Shown here in pieces: positions 12,881 through 24,255 of a stretch of DNA of 64,000 bases. Position 1 is the first letter of the stretch, and every line of letters starts with the position of its first letter. The position numbers were made by a program, and so were the translations under genes. The notes beneath the pieces are model-generated. The model saw nothing but the letters and a program-made list of their open reading frames with translations. It searched no databases and was not told the DNA's origin. The DNA comes from Hemiscyllium ocellatum (taxonomy: Eukaryota). The stretch lies in assembly GCF_020745735.1 (NCBI RefSeq), contig NC_083422.1:21018001-21082000 (forward strand). Reading direction: 5' to 3'.

Positions 12881-13249
12881 ATGAATACAGAAGTCAGTGC
12901 ACAATTGACTGTGATCATCGGCAAACCCTGTACTGCCACTAGGATGAAGCAGCAATTACCATCCCTGAAATGCTACACATTCCACTTTGTGCTAATAGGT
13001 TTCTGAAGCATTGTTTTGATTTTGGGGAGATGTTTATTGGAAGGACAAAGTTAATTCTGGTGAGTTGTGCTTTTAATGAGATGTGAATGATTACAGCTAG
13101 ACCTCTCCTCACCTATTCGTGACATACTTGACCCAGTACCTGAAGGGGAGGAATAAAATACTTTGTTAAATTAACGAGTTTTGAGAAGATTTGTAGCTCA
13201 GGTTGTGGTTTTGGATGTAGGCTTGTTCACTGAGCTGAAAGTTTCATTT

Positions 13250-13289
13250 CCAGACATTTCGTTACCTTATTAGGTAACATCTTCAGTGG
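13250..13289 (-). ncRNA. Type I hammerhead motif in the 3' pseudo-LTR
   Basis: Minus strand CCA-CTGAAGA-T-GTTACC-TAATAA-GGTAAC-GAAAT-GTC-TGG. Confidence 0.75.
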
Positions 13290-13897
13290 GCCTCATGTGA
13301 AGCAATGCTGAAAATTTCTGCTGTCTATTTATATGTTTGGGTTTCTTTGGGTTGGTGATGTCATTTCCTGTGTGGATGTTATTTCCTGTGGTGAAGTCAC
13401 TTCCTGTTCCTTTTCTCAGGGAGGGGTAGGGACTAAGTCGATGTGTTTGTTGATAGAGTTCCGGTTGGAATGCCATGCTTCTAGGAATTCTCATGCGTGT
13501 CTTTTGGCTTGTCCTAGGATGGATGTGTTGTCCCTGTCGAAGTGGTGTCCTTCCTCACGTATATGTGAGGATACTAGTGAGAGAGGGTCATATCTTTTTG
13601 TGGCTAGTTGGTGTTCATGTATCCTGGTGGCTAGCTTTCTGCCTGTTTGTCCAATGTAGTGTTTGTTACAGTCCTTGCACAGTATTTTGTAAATGACGTT
13701 AGTTTTGCTCATTGTCTGTATGGGGTCTTTCAAGTTCAATAGCTGCTGTTTTAGTGCATTGGTGGGTTTGTGGGCTACCATGATGCTAAAGGGTCTGACT
13801 AGTCTGGCAGACATTTCTGAGATTTCTTTGATGTAGGGGAGAGTGGCTAGGGTTTCTGGATGTGTTTTGTCTGCTTGTTTGGGTTTGTTGCTGAGGC

Positions 13898-13937
13898 CCA
13901 CTGAAGATGTTACCTAGCAAAGTAACGAAATGTCTGG
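13898..13937 (+). ncRNA. Type I hammerhead motif in the 5' pseudo-LTR
   Basis: CCA-CTGAAGA-T-GTTAC-CTAGCAAA-GTAAC-GAAAT-GTC-TGG. Confidence 0.75.
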
Positions 13938-16574
13938 AAATGAACCTTTCAGCTCAGCGAGCAAACCTCAACCTGAGCTACAAATCTTCTCAAAACTCAC
14001 TAAGACCTGTGGGCGCAATACACTAAAACTGGCCTGAAAATGGGAAACGAATGCCATCCGACAGAGTGCCACCTGCAAACAGCTGTACCTCCTGCACGAA
14101 TGCCTAAGGAAACAGGCACGACCTAAATGTCTTCAATACAAGCATCCCCTTAACACCCCATTAGCCATAAGAATAGCAGAGCAAAAAGGTCGCAGAATGC
14201 TTAGGGAAATGATTAATGATGCCCACAACAGACTCCATAAATACAACCGGGAAATTTTGCATCAAAAATCTTTATTCAGTCATGCAACAGACCATGAGTA
14301 CAAGCCGTAGATATTAGACAGCGACAAACACAGAAAATGACAAAAACTAGATCTGCAGAAAAAACTAGACAAACTTAGACAAAGTAACAACATTGACAAC
14401 ACAGAAGCATGGATAAAAAACGTATCTGACCAACCCCTAACAGACACTGAAAAAGCCGTCTTACTAAGAGGATTAAATTACAACTGCCAGGATGCTGACA
14501 AGAAAGATTTCTTAGCAGCATTAGAAACAACATTACAAGACAACCAACTCACAGAAGAAACCCAACAATCCATCAAACAGGTAGTTGCACCAACATTAAG
14601 CAGAAACAAGGAAGGAAACACACTCAATGCACAAGAAAGGAAAGCGCTGGAAAGACTAAAAAGAGATAAAAACACTGTTATCCTACCTGTAGACAAAGGA
14701 CGCTTGACAGTCATTCTAAATCAAAGAGACTAGATTGAAAAAGGAAATGCACTACTTACAGATACCAACACTTACCAACAAGTGGCGATAGACCCGACCC
14801 CACAACTAGACAACCGAATCACAGCTCTACTCAAAATACTTCAGAAATCTGGACCAATAAATAAGACCATATGGATCCAACACACCACACTTCTACGGAT
14901 TACCCAAAATTCACAAACCTGGAGCCCCCCTCAGGCTCATAGTCTTGCTACCTGGAACACCAACTTACAGAGTGGCCAAGGAGCTACACCAAAGACTAAA
15001 GCACTTAGTAGAAGGCTCACACCACTCCATCCTCTCCATTCAAGAATTCCTGAAGACCAAAGACACTAAGATAGAAGAGGATGAAATAATGGTCTCCTTT
15101 GATGTAACAGCCCTGTTTACTTAAATCAACATTAACATGGCCAGGGAAACACTGACTACACCATTAGAAGACCCAAAGACACATATACAAAACACCACTA
15201 ACTTCACCAGCAAGGAAAATATCATCAAGCTAGTGGACCTATGCCTTACCACCCACTTCACCTACAACAAAAAAAATCTACAGACAAACCAATTGAACAC
15301 CCATGGGATCTCCGATATCAGGATTCTTAGCAGAGGCAGTAATGCAGAGACTTGAGCAAACAGCTCTGCTAACCATCCAACCCAAATCCTGGTTCCGCTA
15401 CGTGGATGACACCTTTGTCATCACTAAATGAAACAAGTTAGAGGAAACCTTCAAGACCATCAATAACATGCTTACTGGCATAAAATTCACTAAAGAGGAG
15501 GAAAACACCAACAACCTGCCATTCCTTGCACAATAGAGTGAACAGCCAATGGGGAACTTCAAACCAGCGTCTACAGAAAAACAACACATACGGACCAAAT
15601 ATTGAACTCCAGAAACAATCATCCCAACACCCACAAACGAAGCTGCATCAAAACATTACTTCAACAAGCCAACACACACTGCAGCACAGAGGAACTACAC
15701 AGAGCAGAGGAAAATCATCCTATACCGTGCATTCAAAAGGAATGGGTACCCAATGAACACATTCCGCTGATTTCTCAGCAACAAGCCCAACCAAGCAGAG
15801 TCAGATGTTTTACTACTTGCCTGATTAAGCTCATCTGCCTGCCATTATTGTCACCTTCTACGAGACTGGAAAATGCCTCCTATAGTTTACGACAGCAAGA
15901 ATTACTTCCTGGTCAGCCCTGAGGTGTTGGAGCTAAAGACGTTGAGGAAGAACAATCTGAGGAGGCGAGAACACCAACACTTGATTAGTATTCACAGCCA
16001 CCAGCTTAGATACTGGCACTACACAAACCTTGGTGGATAACAGTGAGGCACAATTAACATAAAATACTGGGCAGTGCAGTGTTAGATAGAAAGACTATGT
16101 GCGTGCCAGCCTTGCCAGAGTGTGAGTTTGCAGATTGATTAAGCTGTAGAGGAATTGGGTGAAGAGCATTCTTAATGAGTCAGTCATCTTGTTGACAGTC
16201 CTTGTCCTCCTCTTCCACGGCCATCTTGACTGTTTTTGCTCTCTGTGCTCCATCTCATTCCAAGGTTACAGTCCAGGAGGGCACAGCAACTAATGTCGCT
16301 ATGACCAAGAGCACGTGGAATGCTCAAGGCTATTTCCCAGGCACCCAACACCTTCCCAATGTCCAGGGTTACTTTACACAGAATTTATTGACTTTTCCAA
16401 ATTCCTCTGAAAGCCTAGTATATACATAAATACAGCAAGAGCCAGGAGTCAATAACAGTGTCTTTCTGCATCAAATGATTAAGGTCTGGAATGCATTGCC
16501 TGAAACTGATGGAGGCAAATTCAGCTGAAGCATTCTAATGGGAATGAGGCCATCATCTGAAAAGGAAAAATGAG

Positions 16575-16636
16575 CAGGAGGGAAAGGGGAGGGAATGGGA
16601 AAGAGGAGGGAATGGGAAAGGGAAAGGAATGGGAAT
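16575..16636. repeat. Polypurine (GGGAA-type) low-complexity tract
   Basis: ggagggaaaggggagggaatgggaaagaggagggaatgggaaagggaaaggaatgggaatg. Confidence 0.8.
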
Positions 16637-17124
16637 GTACTTAGAGAGCTGTTCAGACCTGATGGGCTGAATGGCTGCTATCTATGCAGGGCTGATACCA
16701 GGACTTTGTGATTCTACAACTTGCAAGTTGGATGATACACCCTTTGTTTAGCACTCCTGGAGTTTGTTCATGCATCTGGTCACATGTTCAGCTATGTCTG
16801 TTTACAGGAGTGTGTTAATCAGAGTAGCAAGCTGGAAAATAGTAGATTGGGTGCCAAATCGTCACTCGTCTCTGACTGGCTCCGCAGTCTACCTACTCTG
16901 CCTGTGTTACTGTTATCAACAACATGACAATTTCTGCAGACAAGGCCACAAGTGGCAAGGAGCAGTTTTGAATGTATTTTTCACCTGATCTGGCATCCCT
17001 ACACCAAAACTACAGCACCATTGAGTTGGGAGTCTGTGACCAACAAATGATCCAGTGACTTCAAGTATATATTGAATGTGCATTTAATATGGCAGCAAGC
17101 TCTTGAGATGAAACATGTATTCCA

Positions 17125-18452
17125 AGAAACAAAAACAGAAATTGCTGGGAAAACTCAGCAGGTCTGGCAGCACCTGTGGAAAGAAAGCACAGTTAATGTT
17201 TTGAGTCCAGTGACTCTTCTTCAGAACTGATTAGAGCTAGGAGAAAGAAGGTTGGTATAAATGCTGAAGGTGAGGCAGTGGGGAGGGGGAAGGACTAAAC
17301 ATTAAGTGGAGATGGAGCCCAGACAGAGAGAAAAAGTTGGACAGACAAATGAATGGATAAAGGTCAGCCTGAGAAAATCAATAGCTGACAATGGGTTGTT
17401 TCTAGTAGCAGTCCATATGATGATAAGGCCTGGTTTTGTGAGGGTTGAGGTAAAGGAATAGGAGAAGGTGCTCAGGCTCTAACAAACTTATTATACAAAC
17501 TTAATAAACTGATTATGGAGTCCAGAAGGCTGCAGGATTCCCAAATGGAAAATGAGATGCTGTTCTTGCAGCTTGTACTGAGCCTTGCTGGAGCATTGCA
17601 ACAAAATGCTAAACAGAAACATTGGCCAGAGAACACGGTGATGTGTTAAAGAGGCAGGCAACTGGAGGCAGAGGGTCATTGTTGTGGACAGAACATGAGT
17701 TTTCTGCAAAGTGGCTACCCAGTGTGTGCTTCATTTCCCCAATGTAGAGGAGACCACATTGTGAGCAGTGAATACAGGAGACTAGATTGAGTGAAATGCA
17801 GATAAAATGCTTTCGCCTGGAAATTGTGTTTGGGAAATCAGATACTGAGGAGGGAGGAAGTGAATGGGCAGGTGTTACGCCTTCTGCGATTGGGAAGGTG
17901 CTGTGGAACTGTGGGGAGGTGTTGAGCGTGAAGGAGGAGTGGAACAAAGTGTTTTAGAGGGAAACAGTCCTTGCAGAAGGGGGAAGGGAACATATCTGTG
18001 TGGCATCCTGCTGGAGGTGGCGGAAATAGCGGCTTATGATCCTCTGGATGTTGATGCTGGTGGGATGGTAGGTGAGGATGAGGGAGACCTTATTGCAGGA
18101 AGGTAGAGAGGGGGCAGGGCCTAAATGTGAGACATGGGGCTGACTCGGCCCTATCTACCATGGTGTTTGGGAAGAAGAAGAAGGATGCTCCTTTGTTGAA
18201 GTTGACATCATCGGTACAGATGTGATGAAGATAGGGGAACTGGGAGAATGGAATAGAGTCTTCGCAGGATGGAGGGTGTGAGGATGTATAGTCCAGATAA
18301 CTGTGGGAGTCGATCGGTTTGTAGTGGGTATTGGTGGCCAGCCTATTCCCAGAAATGGAAACAGAGATGTTGAGGAAGGGAAGGGAGAAGTCAGAGATGG
18401 ACCAGGTGAAGGTGAGAGCAGGTTGGAAATTGAAAGCTAAATTGATAAACAA
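17125..18452 (-). mobile_element. Decayed 5'-truncated Penelope-like element
   Basis: FTWSISDFSLPFLNISVSI..HYKPIDSHSYLDY (RT thumb) and LVSCIHCSQCGLLYIGE (GIY-YIG) in broken frames; degenerate hammerhead at 17192-17227. Confidence 0.85.
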
Positions 18453-18510
18453 TTATTATAAGATACAGTTAAAGCTTCATCTTTAAGGCTATTGCAATTT
18501 CTTATCCATA

Positions 18511-18808
18511 GTTTAGATTCCCTACAGTGCGGAAACAGGCCCTTCAGCCCAACAAGTCCACACCGACCCTTTGAAGAGTAACCCACCCCGACCCATTCGC
18601 CTACTCTCCATTAATATACCTATCACAATGGGCAATTTAGGATGGCCAATTCACCTGGCCTGCACATCTTTGCATTGTGGGAGAAAAGCCACGCAGACAT
18701 GGGAAGAATGTGCAAACCCCATACAGACAGTCACCTGAGGCTGGAATTGAACCCAGGTCCCTGCTGCTGCGAGGCAGCAGTGCTAACCACTGAGCCATCA
18801 TGCCACCC
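18511..18808 (-). mobile_element. HE1-like tRNA-derived SINE
   Basis: Minus strand tggctcagtggttagcactgctgcc...gggttcaattcc head with CR1-like tail. Confidence 0.85.
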
Positions 18809-20544
18809 TTTTGTGTTGGTTCTTTTGTGTTATTAAGTATATCTTACTTGCACGGTAGTTGAAGACTATTTATCTCTCTAATAGAAACCAGAACAGAAAT
18901 GGGGTGGACATTCAGGAATTGCCAGGGTTTTCTCAGCGAAGGGCCGAACCAGTTCTAGCACGCAAATTGTCAACATTAAAATAATGGCACATCTTGTTTC
19001 TGTTTGCTCTTGTTTGCTTGCTCATTGCCAGTAATGCTCGAGAGACTGAGCTGTAAGCCTAGCGCCATTTAGCCATCAAAAGTAAGGCAGACAGAAAGAA
19101 GAAGGATACAGGGAAATAGAACTTACCTTTCTTTGATGGTACCTGTTAACATCTGGGAAGCGGAAGGGCTCTGGCTACTGTTTTCTCAAAGAAGCTTCAA
19201 TTCTGGTTTCAGTCTAATCCAAGGGCTAGGTCCTGCCTACAATGGCAATATATTAAACTAAAGTTAACGGTTTATACCCAGAGGCAGTTATAATCTAGGG
19301 CAGGAAAAGCACGCTTTTCATATACTGTGCTGGATTGGTCCCCAGATAAGAGCAAGAGAATCTGCTGGATTGTGTCCTAACTCTCTTGTGTAAGTCACTG
19401 ATATCTTCAGCTCAAGGTCCAAGCACTAAAGCACACAGCACTAATTTTCATACAGGGTACAGCACACTCAAAGAAACAGTGGAAGATTTGGACAGTGTGT
19501 TAGTGTTAATGCTTCCAAGTAACTTGACTGCACCAAATTAGGCAAATATCATAATATCTCAGGCCTAAATGAGAATAACAAAATGTTAAGCCAACATAAA
19601 AAACATTCTCTTGCTGCATTTTAAGGCTGCTCAATAATAAGGGAACAGTAGGAGGTTTCAAAGCCATAGCATTGAGTTTATCACTTCCAATTGCAGGCTA
19701 AGCTGACATAATTGCATAATACAGTGGAACTGTACACACCACATTATGTTCTGGCATTTGTCCAACTTCCCTTTTTTGTTGTTGCAGCTGATTAGGTGGG
19801 AGAACTAGGAGACAGGCAGCCTGATCCATAACTTCTTATTTCCATGTTGCTTCTGCATTTCTATCCAAGTAGAAAGTGTGCTCATGTTTTACTTGGTGCA
19901 AGAATGGTTGAAGGACATCCCATATGCAAAAGCCTGAAGTTACTGATTATCAATTGTTCAATGTATTACTGTCTTGTTTTTAATTAATCTTATTATAAAA
20001 CTGGAGATGAATACTGCATCCTGGCTAAATTGGCACTGCCATTTAAGAAGCCTTCTGTCATGTGGAAAATCGTTTACACAATCTGAAATATGTTCAGCAA
20101 TTTTTTGTTTGGAGAGTTGCTGGTAACATTTTCTGAAATCAACACACTTGAAAAACGAGTGAACTGACATCTTCATACAAGTGGCAGCCTGTCGCCGTGC
20201 TAAAAATATATAACAAGCAACTGCTATCGGCTTTATTCTACCTCACAGCATAAACCATCTGGTGCCATGCATCAGAAGGCAACTACACCGTACTTTAAAT
20301 GTAATGGAAGAATTGAAGGATGAGCCTGAAAAACAAATTGGAGAATGCACCTCTAAAAAAAGTAGTTCCCATCAAAAGCATCCCAAAAATTAACAAGATA
20401 TTGTCTTTAGGCTGAATATGGGACCCGATTCATAAACATGTTACCAGCTGGTAAAATCATACATAGATTTAATAGAAATATTTTCATTTCAAATTCAAAC
20501 TATGTTTACAATAATCTTGCCACTACTAACCTAATGTTGACAAA

Positions 20545-20750
20545 GTCAGAAGTCACTTGACACCAGGTTATAGTCCAACAGGTTTATTTGAAATCACAAA
20601 CTTTTGGAGCGTTGCTCCGATCAGGTGAAAGTACTTCCACATTTCATGTCAGTTCTGATGAAGAGTCATTTGGATCAAAATGTTAGTTTGATTTCTCTCC
20701 ATGGATTCTGCCTGACCCGCTGTGATCGCCAGCATTTTCTGTTTTCAGGA
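20545..20750. mobile_element. Two different PLE pseudo-LTR ends joined head-to-head
   Basis: caccaggttatagtccaacagg... (minus) abuts agttctgatgaagagtcatt... (plus); both hammerheads degenerate. Confidence 0.65.
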
Positions 20751-21389
20751 TTTACTAAATCATATTTCAAACTTGGTTGGTGCCACTTTGCCACTTCTGA
20801 CAATCCAGTTGAGAATGATTGAGTTCATTTAGATTCTTGTGATGGAATTACAAGAATTCTGTTTCTGATTCTAATTTCTACATTTTTTTCTATTTTAGTT
20901 AGCAATACAACAAATTCCATTATCTTCAATGAGAAGGGATTTCAGTGTCTTATTTTATAATTGCATGTGTCTGAGTGAAATGTTGTCCAAATCAAGTCTT
21001 TAGTATTGTTTAAATACAGTTTATAAAACTGAGTGCTCTGTTTTTCCAGTTTTCTCTCCTTTCTTGAATGATAATGTCACATTTGCTACTTTCCAAACCA
21101 CCAGGATTGTTCCAGAATCTAGGGAAATGTGAAATATCATAAGCAATGCATCCATTATTGCTGTGATCACCTTTTTTAGAATACTACAATGCAAGCAGCA
21201 AAAATGGGTTCAGTAGCTCCCACTTCTTGGGCAAACCCGAACCCTCTAACTTTCCAGCACTACAATTTTGGAGTTCCCCACTCTGAATCACTGCCCTCTC
21301 TTATTCCTGCATATGATATTAAGCAGAATTGGTAAGCACCAACCAATATTATTTGTGGGGATCATAGATCACTTGAAGGTCAGTTGTTG

Positions 21390-21701
21390 ATTTAGACTAG
21401 ACTTACAGTGTGGAAACAGGCCCTTCGGCCCAACAAGTCCACACCGACCCGCCGAAGCGCAACCCACCCATACCCCTACATTTACCCCTTACCTAACACT
21501 ACGGGCAATTTAGCTTGGCCAATTCACCTGACCCGCACATCTTTGGACTGTGGGAGGAAACCGGAGCACCCGGAGGAAACCCACGCAGACACGGGGAGAA
21601 CGTGCAAACTCCACACAGTCAGTCGCCTGAGTCGGGAATTGAACCCGGGTCTACAGGCGCTGTGAGGCAGCAGTGCTAACCACTGTGCCACCGTGCCTCC
21701 C
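21390..21701 (-). mobile_element. Young HE1-like SINE (CpG-rich, intact Pol III A and B boxes)
   Basis: Minus strand gggaggcacggtggcacagtggttagcactgctgcctcacagcgcc...gggttcaattcccg; tail matches the CR1 3' end. Confidence 0.9.
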
Positions 21702-22572
21702 ACTAGTTCTTCCAGTTGTTACAAATCTACTTTATTTTGGTGCTGGCAAGCTTTAGGAATTTACAGAAATGTTGTGGCAGGTACTAAAGTACAAACCAAT
21801 CATGTCCAAACATGAGAGTACAGGGAGGCCTGTATCGTGAAACTGAGCATGACTGAGAGATTGACCAAGGGCACACAGAGTGGTCCAAACTGCTATAAGA
21901 AGGAGGAGACTTGAAGGACTCACTGGAGGTTGTTTAGGAATCAATTCCTGCAGTTGAGCCTCAGTTTGTATAATGTTTGTATAATTGACATCTACATCTC
22001 AGTAAATAGATTATTAGAACTCTTGTGATACATTGGGTAATGTAACTTTGGGCCAGGAGGACTGTGTTCAAATTCCATTTGATCCGGTGTTTGCAATAGC
22101 GGGTTAGTTAGAAAATATCTATACTCACCTTTGTTCCAGATACTTCAACACCTTTAAGGGAAAAGGAAATGCTACAGTGGTAATGGAACTGAGCTAATCA
22201 TCCACAAATCCATTCTAACTTTCTGGAGACATGGGATCAAATCCCACCAGGGCAGATGGAGAAATTTAAAAGGGGTTTTGAGGTGCAGTGGTAGTTGTTA
22301 TACCTTTTGACCAAGAGCCCTGTGTCCCACCAGCTCTGTATAATAACATCTCTGAACAAGTTGCTCAGAAAATATCTAACCAGGTTATTTCTGAAAAATG
22401 CCTCCTGCTGCAGTCACAACTCTAACCTCAGAACACAGCAAGGCCTGTGTTATTGGGTGAAGGTGACATGCCTTAATGTTTTGTACATGTTAAAAATTTG
22501 CTAATTAGACATTAACATTGCTGGCTTAGCCAGCATTTATGGCCCATGATTGATTTGCTAATCTTTTCTGAG

Positions 22573-22680
22573 TCAGTTAAGAGTCAACCATATTGCTGTC
22601 GGTCTGGTGTTATGTTATGACTGAGTAAAGATGGCAGATTTCCTTCCCTGAAGGATATTAGTGAACTAGATGGTTTTTAT
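22573..22680 (-). mobile_element. Deu-domain SINE fragment (SacSINE1/AmnSINE1-like)
   Basis: gagtcaaccatattgctgtcggtctgg...ggcagatttccttccctgaagg resembles the reverse complement of the Deu domain as I recall it; second copy at ~40250-40420. Confidence 0.55.
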
Positions 22681-22959
22681 GACAAACTGTAGTGGTAATT
22701 GGTTCCTTCCAAGCTGGTGCAAGAACTATTAGCAACACTGAGCAGTTTGCAGTCCACTATTACATAGGGGAGGCCACTAAGGCTCTGTGTTCAAAAGAAG
22801 ATAATTTCATTTTAAGGGTATGAAAGGGTTGCAGGCTTTCTTGTGGTATCATGCTCATTTGATGCTTTGTCTGAGCCTCTTGGCACCTCTGGTTTGTAGT
22901 TGAAGTGGGGGCGGGTTCTACTCCCTCAATGTCAACTGATATGTGATTATAGACAGCAT

Positions 22960-23150
22960 AAAGGTAAAGTTATCATGGTCCTACTGGACCATTGGGCAGC
23001 TCTCTCAGTAGAGAGTTGGTGTTTAACTGGAGGCCATTGACAGGAGAGGCTGAGAAGGAAGGTATTTCATGGTAATCTCAGCCGATGTGGGAATTGAACC
23101 CATGCTTTTGGCCTCACTCGGCATTGATAACCAACCTTTCAAGCTAAATG
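22960..23150 (-). mobile_element. tRNA-derived SINE fragment (LF-SINE-like)
   Basis: gggaattgaaccc (reverse B box) and tail aaaggtaaagttatcatggtcc; family assignment from memory only. Confidence 0.4.
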
Positions 23151-23939
23151 ACTCCTCACAAACGGTGTATCACGTAGGTCAATGCCCAGTATGTTGACAG
23201 CAGTCATGACATATTCATTCTGTGGCAGTTTACTACTCTAGCTGTATTTCAGTCCCAGGGACACGCCAAAGGATGGATACTTGGCTGCAAGAGCTATCTG
23301 CTGATGCATGTCTCATGAGCTGGTTAACAACACCAGTATTTGTATAATCAGAACTATGCTGTTGCACAATGTATAAAACAGCAGCAGATCACTGTCTTGC
23401 TGAAGGAGCCATTTTGCTCCTTAGACTGCTCCAGTGTTGATCTGGAAAACATGACTGTGGGTCTCAGGATTGATGGCCACCTGTACCATGTTGCACCATA
23501 TTATCACCATGAGGCAGCAGTCCTTCCCACACCCTATCAAACAAGAAACTGAGGAACAGGAACACAAAGAGAAGGAGGGGAGGATATGGGCAAGGTGCAG
23601 GCATAAAGACAGGAAGTCAAGGGGGAGACTGCACCTCAGCAGCCCCTTCTGCCTGAACTGAACATGAACACCCTCTTCAAGTGTAACATCAGTCATTTTA
23701 TCCCAATTCCCCATTCATCAACAATCCCACGATATTTATTTTCTATCTGTGAAAATCCATTTCATCATTCTATTGGTAACAATACAAAAATAAAAGCCTG
23801 CGTGCAATATACATTCAAAGTGAGATTTAAACATTCACTCATGCTATATTGCACACAAAATTAAACACTTCATCCTGTGCATTTCCTAAGTGTTTGTTTT
23901 ATCAGTGCCTTTGGCCCACGCTGTGTTCCTATGAAATGT

Positions 23940-24255
23940 ATAAGAGCATAAGAACATAAGAAAAATAGGAGCAGGAGTAGGTCACATGGCCCCTTAAACC
24001 TGCTCTGCCATTCAATAAAATCATGGCTGATCTTTTTTTGTAGATTCAGCACCACTTACCTGCCTGCTCACTGTCATTCTTAATTCCTTTACTTTTAAAA
24101 AATGTACCTACGTTTGCCTTAAGAACATTCAATGAGTTAGTCTCAAATGTTTCACTGGGCAGGGAATTCCACAGATTCACAATCCTTTGGGCAAAGAATT
24201 TCCTCTTCAACTCAGTCCTGAAGCTACTCCCCTTATTTTGAGGCTATGTCCCCCT
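23940..24255 (-). mobile_element. CR1 3' fragment
   Basis: cataagaacataagaaaaataggagcaggagtagg... is the typical reverse-complement CR1 tail. Confidence 0.75.

Larger units (their letters stand above)
13171..15799. mobile_element. Near-complete but decayed Penelope-like element with its 5' part inverted
   Basis: 13171-13894 (minus): GIY-YIG C-terminus (NVIYKILCKDCNKHYIGQTGRKLATRIHEHQ) plus 3' pseudo-LTR. 13891-15799 (plus): 5' pseudo-LTR, N-terminus and RT with WFRYVDDTF (tggttccgctacgtggatgacacc near 15390), broken by stops and frameshifts. Confidence 0.9.

Noticed and set aside
19958-20176. 72 aa minus-strand ORF and the similar 57043-57336 ORF as hAT transposase relics
   Set aside because: Only vague motif resemblance; cannot be supported without a search.
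21640-21701. tRNA-like sequences (also 18760, 51461, 56700, 58730)
   Set aside because: tRNA-derived SINE heads continuing into SINE core and CR1 tail; no complete cloverleaf.
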